Positions 24,418-33,117 of a DNA stretch of 64,000 nt are shown piece by piece. The position numbers were made by a program, and so were the translations under genes. Numbering within the stretch: position 1 is the stretch's first letter; each line of letters begins with the position of its first letter. Location: the NCBI GenBank assembly GCA_963745235.1, contig CAVUXE010000073.1, positions 42,932 through 106,931 on the forward strand, read 5' to 3'. The notes below the pieces were generated by a model. It worked only from the letters and a program-made list of their open reading frames with translations. It was not told the origin of the DNA and made no database searches. The stretch is from an uncultured Spirochaetota bacterium (GTDB lineage Bacteria; Spirochaetota; Spirochaetia; SZUA-6; Fen-1364).

Positions 24418-25629
24418 TTGCCAACGCTCCCTCCCTCGATCTCTACCGGGGATCCCGGCTCCTACGCGCAGTACGCGGTGTCCGTGCGGCAGCCTCGTAT
24501 TATCGAGCAGATCATCGAATGCAACCAGCCCGGGGAGGCAGCCCGGACTGCGCTGCTTGCTCTGGCTTGGGAGATCCGCGAGGGGCGCGTGACCAGCCCG
24601 CTGGGAAACGGCAGCGTGCCGCCATCGAGCATGAGCGCGCAGGAAAGGCGCACGTGGGAAGATGCCATTGGCGCCCAGGAGGGCCGGAGGTGGCTCGACC
24701 TTCCGTGGTACTTCGCAGAGTCCTTTTTCTACCTGAAGCTCCTGGCTGCCTTTGGTTATTACGCCGGGGCTGCCAGGGGCAAGGATCCGTTTTCTCCCCA
24801 GAAGGAACGCGAGCTCATGGATCCCGACGGAGGCCTCGCAATGGCCCGACGAGTTGTGGCGGAAGCGGAGGCCATGGGGGAGGAGGAGGGCCTTGCGTTT
24901 GCCCTTCACAGCGCGCTCTGGGGCAACAGGCTGGACCTCAGCACTTTCGAGGTGGACGAGTCACGACGCAAGAGCGTCCTCAATCGTGACGGCGACTCGC
25001 TTCTGGTTGATCACACGGCGCGGGCAGTTGCCGCTCTTACCCGGGCTAACCGGGTCCAGGTGCTCCTGGACAACTCCGGGCCCGAGCTCGTCTGCGACCT
25101 TCTCCTGGCGGACCGGCTCCTCGCGAGGTCACCATCCGTCACCTTGCATGCAAAGAAGGCGCCGTTCTTCGTCTCCGACGCCACGGTGAGCGATACCCTT
25201 GGGACCATTGATGCGCTCGCCGGGGACACAGACCGGCGTGTATCAGCGGCCGGAGCGCGACTCCATGGCGCCCTGCGCTCGGGGCATCTGCGCGTGCTGG
25301 ATCACTGGTTCTGGAACAGCGCTTCGCATTTCACGGCTTTCCCGGAAGACATCAGGACGGACCTGGTCCGAAGCGACATCGTGGTGGTGAAAGGGGACGC
25401 GAACTACCGACGGACGCTGGAAGACAGAAAGTGGGATACCTCGCTTTCCCTCGATGACCTGGCATCCTATTTTCCAGCGCCGTTCCTGGTGCTTCGAACG
25501 ATGAAGAGCGAGCTCGTGGTGGATGTGCCCGCTGAGGAAGCCCGGCGGCTCTCCCGCGTTGACCCCAGCTGGATGATCAATGGCAAGCGCGGGATCATCA
25601 GGCACGTAAGCCCGCGGGTTTCTTCCTAG
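24418..25629 (+). CDS. ARMT1/DUF89 damage-control phosphatase
   Basis: PWYFAESFFY, DPFSPQK, LWGNRLDLS, LDNSGPEL..DL, PFFVSDAT, KGDANYR, RTMKS. Confidence 0.9.
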   Translation: MPTLPPSISTGDPGSYAQYAVSVRQPRIIEQIIECNQPGEAARTALLALAWEIREGRVTSPLGNGSVPPSSMSAQERRTWEDAIGAQEGRRWLDLPWYFAESFFYLKLLAAFGYYAGAARGKDPFSPQKERELMDPDGGLAMARRVVAEAEAMGEEEGLAFALHSALWGNRLDLSTFEVDESRRKSVLNRDGDSLLVDHTARAVAALTRANRVQVLLDNSGPELVCDLLLADRLLARSPSVTLHAKKAPFFVSDATVSDTLGTIDALAGDTDRRVSAAGARLHGALRSGHLRVLDHWFWNSASHFTAFPEDIRTDLVRSDIVVVKGDANYRRTLEDRKWDTSLSLDDLASYFPAPFLVLRTMKSELVVDVPAEEARRLSRVDPSWMINGKRGIIRHVSPRVSS

Positions 25630-26222
25630 CCCGCCTGTCTGCGCTCCGCCGCCCTTGCGCTCACCACGTTCGCGCCCGCAAGGACGCCGAGAGAGGCCGC
25701 GACCTTCAGCGCGTCCCCCACCAGGAAGGGAAGGAATCCGAGTGCAAGGGCGCGGGAAAGACCAAACGAGACTCCGAGCCAGGCAACGCCGGTGACGTAG
25801 GAAGCGAGGTGGCCCAGGATCAGGACGATCAGCGCGCCGAGGAAGGTGACGGCAAGCCTGCGCTCGACCAGAAAGCCGGTGAGCCATGCCGCAGCCACGA
25901 ACCCCACGAGGTAGCCTCCGGTCGGGCCAAGGAGGTGCGCAAGCCCCGCTCTGCCGAGGGAGAAGACTGGAAGCCCCGCAAGGCCTTCCGCAAGGTAAAG
26001 AAGGATCGCCACAGCTCCGCGGCGGCTTCCCAGGAGGGCGCCCGTGAGGACAACCATGAAGGTCTGGAGGGTGACAGGCACGGGCGTGAAGGGCAGAGGG
26101 ATGGACACCTGGGCCGCAAGCGCGATGAGAAGCGAAAACCCCGCAACGAGACAGACGTCGTAGACGCGGGCGGGGACCCTGGTGGACGGCCGCAAGGCCT
26201 CAGCAAGAACGGGGGACGACAT
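25626..26222 (-). CDS. bioY: Biotin transporter BioY
   Basis: PFTPVPVTLQT, GLAGLPVFS, GPTGGYLVGF, PFLVGDALK; AAGGAGG SD. Confidence 0.93.
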   Translation of the reverse strand: MSSPVLAEALRPSTRVPARVYDVCLVAGFSLLIALAAQVSIPLPFTPVPVTLQTFMVVLTGALLGSRRGAVAILLYLAEGLAGLPVFSLGRAGLAHLLGPTGGYLVGFVAAAWLTGFLVERRLAVTFLGALIVLILGHLASYVTGVAWLGVSFGLSRALALGFLPFLVGDALKVAASLGVLAGANVVSARAAERRQAG

Positions 26223-26277
26223 GTCCGACCTCCTTCACGAAGTCTCGCGAGGATATGAAAAAAGGGCCAGCTGATCA

Positions 26278-26366
26278 AGCGGCAGCGCCTCCGACAGCGG
26301 CAGCGCCTCCGACAGCGGCAGCGCCTCCGACAGCGGCAGCGCCTCCGACAGCGGCAGCGCCTCCGA
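26278..26366. repeat. 18-bp tandem repeat x5 (AGCGGCAGCGCCTCCGAC)
   Basis: Four exact copies plus one 17/18 copy, with no spacers. Confidence 0.95.
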
Positions 26367-26441
26367 ACCAGGGGCCGATGCCCGACCACACCGTTGACAG
26401 TCGCCCGGAAACCGGGAAACCTCAAGCGAGGGGGACACGTG

Positions 26442-27320
26442 ATGATCCTTGAGGAGCTGCTCCGATCCGAAGGCGTAGTGCTGCTCGACGGTGCCATGGG
26501 GACCGAGCTGGACAAGCGCGGAAAGCAGGGACGTGCGGAGTGCAATCTGAGCGCTCCTGACGCTGTGATCCAGGTCCACAGGGACTACATACGAGCGGGA
26601 AGCGACGCCGTGATCACGAATACCCTCACGATGAACCGCGTATTCATGGAGTCGCACAGGCTTTCCATTGACGTCGGAAAGGTAAACCTTGCGGGAGCGC
26701 GGCTGGCACGCGAGGCTTTTGAGGGGAAGGGATTCGTGCTGGGGAACCTCAGCTCCACCGGCCAGATCCTGGAGCCGTACGGGAGCTTCTCAGAACGGAC
26801 CGTGACCGAGTCCTTCGAGGAACAGGCCGGGTTCCTCCAGGAGGGCGGGGTGGACGGTTATATCATCGAGACGATGTTCGACCTTCGGGAAGCAGTCTGC
26901 GCCCTGAAGGCCTGCAAGGCGGTTTCCCGTCTGCCTGTGATCGTGTGCATCTCCTACGAGACGGAGAAAAACGGTGGCCGGACCGTCATGGGCAACTCCG
27001 CGGTCGAGTGCGCCCGGGTCCTGGCAGCGGAGGGAGCTGACGCAATGGGGGCCAACTGCGGAAACGTGGACCCCGACCAGATGGCGGAGATCATCGCCAC
27101 TCTTTCACGGTCCACGGGGCTGCCCATCGCTGCCGAACCGAACGCAGGCAAGCCGAGGCTTTCGAATGGCGCCACCGTGTTCGACATGGATGCCCGCACG
27201 TTTTCCTCCGGCGTGGCAAAATGCCGGAAGGCCGGGGCAACGATCCTGGGCGGCTGCTGCGGCACTTCGCCGGAGCATATCGCCGCGCTGGGTGAAGAGG
27301 TCGGGCATGCCGCGCGCTGA
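26442..27320 (+). CDS. Homocysteine S-methyltransferase family protein (stand-alone MetH Hcy domain)
   Basis: LLDGAMGTEL, IETMFDL.E, GANCG, PNAG.P, GGCCGTSPEHI. Confidence 0.9.
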   Translation: MILEELLRSEGVVLLDGAMGTELDKRGKQGRAECNLSAPDAVIQVHRDYIRAGSDAVITNTLTMNRVFMESHRLSIDVGKVNLAGARLAREAFEGKGFVLGNLSSTGQILEPYGSFSERTVTESFEEQAGFLQEGGVDGYIIETMFDLREAVCALKACKAVSRLPVIVCISYETEKNGGRTVMGNSAVECARVLAAEGADAMGANCGNVDPDQMAEIIATLSRSTGLPIAAEPNAGKPRLSNGATVFDMDARTFSSGVAKCRKAGATILGGCCGTSPEHIAALGEEVGHAAR

Positions 27321-27966
27321 AAGCTTTCCAGACGCGGAGGGCCAGGGGGTGATTCTCCGCCTCGTTTCGGCAATCCAGGACAATGCGAAGATCTTGAGTG
27401 AGATTGATGGCGCCATTGGTGACGGTGACCACGGGATCAACATGAGCAAGGGGTTCTCTCTCTGCCGGGAGCGGCTGGAGAAGAGCCCGGGGGGTTTTGC
27501 CGCGGGATTGAGGACACTCGGAGACGTGCTCATGTCCGAAATCGGCGGAGCAATGGGACCGCTGTACGGCACGTTGTTCACCGAGATGGCGCGGGGGGCG
27601 CACGGGGAAGCCAGGATCGATTCGGCGCTGTTCCTCGGGATGCTCGAGGGGGCAACCGCCGCGGTCAAGGACCTGGGCGGCGCAAAGGTCGGAGACAAGA
27701 CGATGGTCGATGTCCTTGACCCCGCGCTGGAAGAGCTGCGGCGGGCTGTCCGGTCCGGCAGCGGGTTCTCTGCGTGCCTCGCGGCCATGGCGGACGCGGG
27801 GAATCGGGGGAAGGAGTCCACCCGGGACATGGTGGCCAGGCTTGGCCGCTCCAGTCGGCTGGGAGAGCGCTCTCGCGGCACCCTTGACGCGGGGGCGGCG
27901 TCATGCGCGCTGCTGCTGGAAACCATGGCGACGTCAATCATCGATCTCCTGGGAGAAGAACAATGA
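27307..27966 (+). CDS. dhaL: Dihydroxyacetone kinase ADP-binding subunit (DAK2)
   Basis: DGAIGDGDHG.NM..GF, GGAMGPLYG, GDKTMVD, GRSSRLGERS.G.LDAGA. Confidence 0.9.
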   Translation: MPRAESFPDAEGQGVILRLVSAIQDNAKILSEIDGAIGDGDHGINMSKGFSLCRERLEKSPGGFAAGLRTLGDVLMSEIGGAMGPLYGTLFTEMARGAHGEARIDSALFLGMLEGATAAVKDLGGAKVGDKTMVDVLDPALEELRRAVRSGSGFSACLAAMADAGNRGKESTRDMVARLGRSSRLGERSRGTLDAGAASCALLLETMATSIIDLLGEEQ

Positions 27967-28388
27967 CGTGGGTCACAAGATCTCACATCCATGTCGACCG
28001 CGTGGCATGCCCGTGGCTCATCACGCGCTTCGTCGACAGTGAAGCCGAGTTCGTTTTTGTTCCGAAGGGCGAAGTGGAGAGGGTGGCCCGGGAGACGGGG
28101 GCTGTTCCATTTGACGTCCCCGGGGCGGAGCTCGGTCACAAAGAGGGAAGATGCTCGTTCGAGTCCATCATGGCAAAGTACGGTCTGAACGACGCCGGCC
28201 TGGTTCGCCTGGCGAGAATCGTCCACGCGGCAGACGTGGCGCAGGACATCGATTCAGACCCGATTGCGCGCGGCCTTGAAGCGATTGCGAGCGGTTACAG
28301 CCTGCGCTTCCCCGACGACCACGAGAACCTGGCGCGGCAGTTCGAGGTCTGCGACGCGCTGTACGCGTGGTGTCGGCTGGGGGCCTAG
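27963..28388 (+). CDS. ChrB C-terminal (chromate-resistance-like) domain protein
   Basis: WVTR..HVDRVACPWLI.RFVD, PFD..G..LGH...CSF, IVHAAD, DALYAW. Confidence 0.85.
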   Translation: MTWVTRSHIHVDRVACPWLITRFVDSEAEFVFVPKGEVERVARETGAVPFDVPGAELGHKEGRCSFESIMAKYGLNDAGLVRLARIVHAADVAQDIDSDPIARGLEAIASGYSLRFPDDHENLARQFEVCDALYAWCRLGA

Positions 28389-29260
28389 TCCTCTCCTTTT
28401 TCGTAGTTCCTGCCGTCCCAGGCGGGCGCCCGCGACTTGCCGACAATCCCCGCCAGCACCACCACGGCAAGGATGTAGGGGAACATCTGGATGAACTGGT
28501 CGGGGATCGGGATCTTCGACGCAAATACGATCCGCACCGTGTCCGCATACCCGAACAGGAGCGACGCCAGCACCGCGCCAATGGGATCCCACCGGCCGAA
28601 GATCACTGCCGCAAGCGCAATGAATCCGCGCCCGGCGACCATCCCCGTGATCCACTTGTCCGCGAACAGAGTGGCCGATGCGACCCCGCACAACACCCCG
28701 CTGATGAGCACTCCGGCGTAGCGCATGAGCGTGACGTTGACCCCGAGAGTGTCAGCGGCCTCAGGGTTCTCACCGACGCTGCGCAGCCTGAGGCCGAACA
28801 CCGTGCGGTACAGGACGAACCAGGCCAGGAGCATCACGGGTATCAGCACAAAAGCGAGGGAGTTGATTCCCAGGAGCTTCGGGAAGAGGTACGGGTTGAT
28901 TTTCGACTGGGTTTCCGCGCCGAAAAAGCTCTGGCAGAGAAACCGCGACAACCCGACGGCGAACACATTGATCGCAACGCCCGAGACGACGTGGTCCACC
29001 TTGAATGTCACGGTGACCACCGCGTGGATCAGCCCCATCAGAATCCCCGTGACCACGGCGACGAACAGCCCGATCCATATGCTCTGGAAGGTGATGGCGC
29101 CCCACACGAGGGTGAGCGCGGTCACCGTCATGATCCCTTCCAGCGCGATGTTGACCACTCCGCCGCGCTCGGAGAAGACGCCGCCCATGGCGGAAAACGC
29201 TATTGGTGAGGAGATCTCCAGACCTTTGACAAGGAAGAAGCCGATGAAAGAGAAGTCCAT
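28385..29260 (-). CDS. Nucleoside-type ABC permease
   Basis: SERGGVVNIALEG, GLRLRSVGENPEAA, GRGFIALAAVIFG. Confidence 0.9.
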   Translation of the reverse strand: MDFSFIGFFLVKGLEISSPIAFSAMGGVFSERGGVVNIALEGIMTVTALTLVWGAITFQSIWIGLFVAVVTGILMGLIHAVVTVTFKVDHVVSGVAINVFAVGLSRFLCQSFFGAETQSKINPYLFPKLLGINSLAFVLIPVMLLAWFVLYRTVFGLRLRSVGENPEAADTLGVNVTLMRYAGVLISGVLCGVASATLFADKWITGMVAGRGFIALAAVIFGRWDPIGAVLASLLFGYADTVRIVFASKIPIPDQFIQMFPYILAVVVLAGIVGKSRAPAWDGRNYEKGED

Positions 29261-30363
29261 CAGGCCACCTCCCTCTTTCGCAGGCCGCGGGCAGCCCTGA
29301 CGAGGATCTCGTTGATCGCGACGATGAAGAGGATCATGATTCCCTGGATCGCGTAGGTCACGGAATTGGGGACCTTGCTGAAAAGCTGGAGGCCGTAGCC
29401 GGCCTGCTTGAGAAACGCGAAGAGCACCGAAGAGAAGATGATCCCCACGGGTGAGTTTTTCGCGATGAGCGAGATTGCGATCCCGTCGAACCCCAATCCG
29501 GACGCGAGGTTGTACGTGTAGAACCCGCGGATCGCGAAGATCTCCTGCAGGCCGATCAGCCCGGCGATGGCGCCGGAAAGCATGAACGCGCCGATCTGCA
29601 CCCTGCTCACCTGGATGCCGGCGTAGCGGGACACGTCGATGGAAGTCCCCACCGCCCTGATCTCGAAGCCCTGCCGGGTGCGAAAGAGGAGAAACCACAC
29701 CGCCAGGCCCATCACGATGGCGACGATGAGGCTGTAGTCGAGGTAGACGTAGTTCGGCACGTTCCACCCGATGGAACGGAAGAGGCCGTTCAGCTTGCCG
29801 AAAAGCGCCGACGGCAGGAGCTTCCTCATCTGGGGCTCGAGGCTCGTCCCTTTCTGCAGCCCGGACAGGGGGCCGTTGACGAGGAAGTTCACGAGGGCCA
29901 GCGCGATGTTGTTGAACATGATTGTCGTGATGACCTCGTGGATTCCCCGCACCGCCTTGAGTGCCGCCGGGACCAGTGCCCACAGGGCGCCCCCGATCAT
30001 GGAGAAGATAACGACCACCGGGATGTGAATGACGGGAGGAAGATGGAAGTATGTCCCCGCTATGGCACCGACCATTCCGCCGATGAAGTACTGGCCCTCG
30101 TTGCCGATATTGAACACCCCGGCGCGAAAAGCGACGACGATCGAAAGCCCGGAAAGGTAGTAGGGAATGGAGATGGAGAGGACCGCGGCGAGCTTCGCGG
30201 CGTCGCTGACGCTGAACTTGTAGATGCCCTGGAACGCCTTGCCGGGGTTCTCTCCGAGCGCCATGATGATGAAGGTGAGGACCACTCCGGAGGCGATGAA
30301 GCCGATGAACGGCGCGCTCTGCTCGAGGGCGTAAATGCCGAATCGTGTTCTATGCCGCGCCAT
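29260..30363 (-). CDS. Nucleoside-type ABC permease
   Basis: [30 protein letters not shown]. Confidence 0.9.
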   Translation of the reverse strand: MARHRTRFGIYALEQSAPFIGFIASGVVLTFIIMALGENPGKAFQGIYKFSVSDAAKLAAVLSISIPYYLSGLSIVVAFRAGVFNIGNEGQYFIGGMVGAIAGTYFHLPPVIHIPVVVIFSMIGGALWALVPAALKAVRGIHEVITTIMFNNIALALVNFLVNGPLSGLQKGTSLEPQMRKLLPSALFGKLNGLFRSIGWNVPNYVYLDYSLIVAIVMGLAVWFLLFRTRQGFEIRAVGTSIDVSRYAGIQVSRVQIGAFMLSGAIAGLIGLQEIFAIRGFYTYNLASGLGFDGIAISLIAKNSPVGIIFSSVLFAFLKQAGYGLQLFSKVPNSVTYAIQGIMILFIVAINEILVRAARGLRKREVA

Positions 30364-31876
30364 TGGCTTTCTCCCCCGTCATATACAGTCCCACCTCTTC
30401 CTTGACGGCATCCTCGTGGGCAATTTCCTTGATGATCTTCCCCTTGAAGATGATCCCGATGCGGTCGGAGAGGGCCAGCAGCTCGTCGAGGTCCGCGGAG
30501 ACAAGGAGCACCGCCTTCCCGTCGGAGCGCGCTTTCACGAGCTGGCGATGTATGAACTCCGTGGCGCCGATGTCCACTCCGCGCGTCGGTTGTGAGGCCA
30601 CCAGGAGCTTCGGGTTGGCGCTCATTTCCCGGGCGACGACCGTCTTCTGCTGGTTGCCGCCGGACAGCGCGTTGGCCGGCGTGTCCTCCGAGGGAGTCCG
30701 GATGTCGAACGTCCTGATGATGTTCTCCGCAGACTTTCGGATTGCGCGCGAGTTGATGGTGGAAAACCGGGTGGCAAAGGGCGGCTTGTGATGCATGCCG
30801 AGGGTGAGGTTCTGCGCGATGGAGAAGGGGAGGAGAAGGCCGTACTTCTGCCTGTCTTCCGGAATGTGGGCAATCCCTCCTTCGCGCCTCTGGCGCACGT
30901 TCCAGGAGCGGATGCTTCGGCCTTCCAGGAGGATGTCCCCCCTGGTCACCTCGGCGCTTTCCGCTATTGCCCGAACCAGCTCCGACTGCCCGTTTCCTTC
31001 CACTCCGGCGATTCCGTAGATCTCACCCGCGCGCACGGTGAGTGAAAGGCCGTCCACGGCGTCGAAGCCGCGAGGGCTTCGAACCACAAGATCTTTTACC
31101 TCCAGGACATTCCTGCCGAAGGTGGCGGGCGGTCGCTCCACTTCCAGGAGGACGGGCTTTCCCACCATGAGCCCGGCGATCCGCGGCTTCGTGGCTCCCG
31201 CCCTGTCCATGGTTTCCACGACTTTTCCCTGGCGGATCACGGTGATGCGGTCCGCGACCTCCAGGACCTCGTCCAGCTTGTGCGTAATGAAGATGATCCC
31301 CCGACCCTGCGCGGTCATTGCGCGGAACGTCCGGAAGAGCTCCATGACCTCCTGGGGCGTGAGAACGGCGGTCGGCTCATCGAAAACGAGGATGGTGGCG
31401 CCGCGGAAGAGGATCTTGAGGATCTCCACCCTCTGCTGAATGCCCACCGAGAGGTCCTCCACGCGCGCGGTCAGATCAACGACGAGCTTGTTTTCTTCCA
31501 TCAGCGCGGAGATCTCCCGGCTCTGGCGCGCGGTTGCAAGCACGCCGGCCGTCCGGGATTCTTCGCCCAGGATGATGTTTTCCAGGACGGTGAACGGCGG
31601 GAAAAGCATGAAGTGCTGGTGCACCATCCCGATGCCGCGGTGGATGGCGTCCCGCGGCCCGCGGATGTTCACCCGCGAGCCCCGGACCGCGATCCAACCG
31701 GAATCCGGCCTGTGCAGGCCGTACAGGATCTTCATCAGGGTGGTCTTGCCCGCGCCGTTTTCGCCCACCAGGGCGAGGATCTCTCCGGCGCGAAGGTCCA
31801 GGGAGACGTGATCGTTCGCGGTGACTCCCGGGAAGCTCTTGGTAATCTCCCGCATTTCCAGCAGGGCGTCTGACAT
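30350..31876 (-). CDS. Nucleoside-type ABC ATP-binding protein
   Basis: [37 protein letters not shown]. Confidence 0.92.
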   Translation of the reverse strand: MSDALLEMREITKSFPGVTANDHVSLDLRAGEILALVGENGAGKTTLMKILYGLHRPDSGWIAVRGSRVNIRGPRDAIHRGIGMVHQHFMLFPPFTVLENIILGEESRTAGVLATARQSREISALMEENKLVVDLTARVEDLSVGIQQRVEILKILFRGATILVFDEPTAVLTPQEVMELFRTFRAMTAQGRGIIFITHKLDEVLEVADRITVIRQGKVVETMDRAGATKPRIAGLMVGKPVLLEVERPPATFGRNVLEVKDLVVRSPRGFDAVDGLSLTVRAGEIYGIAGVEGNGQSELVRAIAESAEVTRGDILLEGRSIRSWNVRQRREGGIAHIPEDRQKYGLLLPFSIAQNLTLGMHHKPPFATRFSTINSRAIRKSAENIIRTFDIRTPSEDTPANALSGGNQQKTVVAREMSANPKLLVASQPTRGVDIGATEFIHRQLVKARSDGKAVLLVSADLDELLALSDRIGIIFKGKIIKEIAHEDAVKEEVGLYMTGEKANGAA

Positions 31877-31897
31877 TCAACCTCCTCGGGGGGAGCC

Positions 31898-31930
31898 AAA
31901 AAAAAGCGGGAGCAGACGCGTGCTCCCGCT
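31898..31930 (-). terminator. Rho-independent terminator inside the BMP operon
   Basis: Minus strand AGCGGGAGCA-CGCGTC-TGCTCCCGCT followed by a T-tract. Confidence 0.85.
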
Positions 31931-31946
31931 CACCAAAGGCCGATCC

Positions 31947-33062
31947 TTACATCAGGCTTGACTTCCAGGTGTTGAAAGCGTCATCTGAGTCGGGCACCTG
32001 GATTTTTCCATCTATGATGTCCTGCCTCAGCTGATTGACCTTCTTCTCAACCGGGGCGAGAAGCGACTTGTTGAACTTGTCCACCGCGTACCCGACGCCG
32101 TCTTCCTTCAGGCCGAAGGAGCGATAGCCGCCGTCCAACTTTCCGCCGTTGTTGATGAAGTCCTGCGCGCTGAGAAGCACCGCGTTGTCCACTCTCTTTA
32201 CCATGGACGTGAGGATCCACTTGCCGCGGGCCCGTGCCGCCGCCTCTTTGATTGATTCATAGACCAGTCCCTGGTCAGAGTCAACTCCGATGGCCCACTT
32301 CTTGTTCTCCTGCGCCGCCTTGAACAGTCCGTCTCCCGATCCACCCGCCGCGTGGTAGACGATTGAAGCGCCCTGCTTGTAGAAGCTGGAGGCGATGTTG
32401 TACCCCCCGGTGGGGTCGTTGAACGCCGTGGGGTCCTTGCCGATGTACTGGGACAGGATCATGCCGTCCGCGCGAAGCTTGGGATTGACGTACATGGCTC
32501 CCGCTTTGAAGCCCGCCTCGAACTTGTGAATGAGCGGGATGTCCATGCCTCCGATGAATCCGACCGGCTTGCCCTTGTTCATCATGGCCGCGATGGCGCC
32601 GACGAGGAACGAGCCCTCCTGCTCCTTGAAGGTGAGACAGGTGATATTGCTGGATGCGGTCAGGTCCGGCACGAATCCGTCGATGAGGCCGAAGTGCAGG
32701 TCCGGAAAGTCCGCGGCCACTTTCGTGATGGCGTCCGTAAAGAGGAACCCGACACCGATGATGTACTGGTAGCCGTCCTGCGCCAGTGCCCTCATCAGGA
32801 TCTCGCGGTCCTGGCCTCCTGCCTTGGGTTCGATGTACTTGATCTGGATCTGGTCGCCATAATTGATGTTTGCCGGGTCTCCGTCGATGTATCCCTGCTC
32901 CGCCTTGGCAAGGGCCACCAACCCCCGATAGGCCGAATCATTGAACGAGTTGTCTCCGCGGCCGGCGAGGTCGAACACGAGGCCGATCTTGAACTTCGGC
33001 TGCGCGCTTACCGCCATCACCGCAATGAGCAGCAAGGCGACAAGAACTATGAAACGCTTCAT
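31947..33062 (-). CDS. BMP/PnrA-family ABC substrate-binding protein
   Basis: GRGDNSFN, GFLF, FKEQEGSFLVG, F.DP, HAAGGSG.G, IGVDSDQ, TSMVKRVD. Confidence 0.92.
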   Translation of the reverse strand: MKRFIVLVALLLIAVMAVSAQPKFKIGLVFDLAGRGDNSFNDSAYRGLVALAKAEQGYIDGDPANINYGDQIQIKYIEPKAGGQDREILMRALAQDGYQYIIGVGFLFTDAITKVAADFPDLHFGLIDGFVPDLTASSNITCLTFKEQEGSFLVGAIAAMMNKGKPVGFIGGMDIPLIHKFEAGFKAGAMYVNPKLRADGMILSQYIGKDPTAFNDPTGGYNIASSFYKQGASIVYHAAGGSGDGLFKAAQENKKWAIGVDSDQGLVYESIKEAAARARGKWILTSMVKRVDNAVLLSAQDFINNGGKLDGGYRSFGLKEDGVGYAVDKFNKSLLAPVEKKVNQLRQDIIDGKIQVPDSDDAFNTWKSSLM

Positions 33063-33117
33063 GAGTACCTCCTTGGCTCGAACTTCCTGAATACACTATG
33101 TCTGGCGAAGAAGGAAG

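Noticed and set aside
26278-26366. CRISPR array
   Set aside because: Head-to-tail repeats with no spacers, and no cas genes in the window
28385-33062. BMP operon called as riboflavin RfuABCD
   Set aside because: Cannot be distinguished from purine-nucleoside PnrABCD by eye, and no FMN riboswitch is upstream
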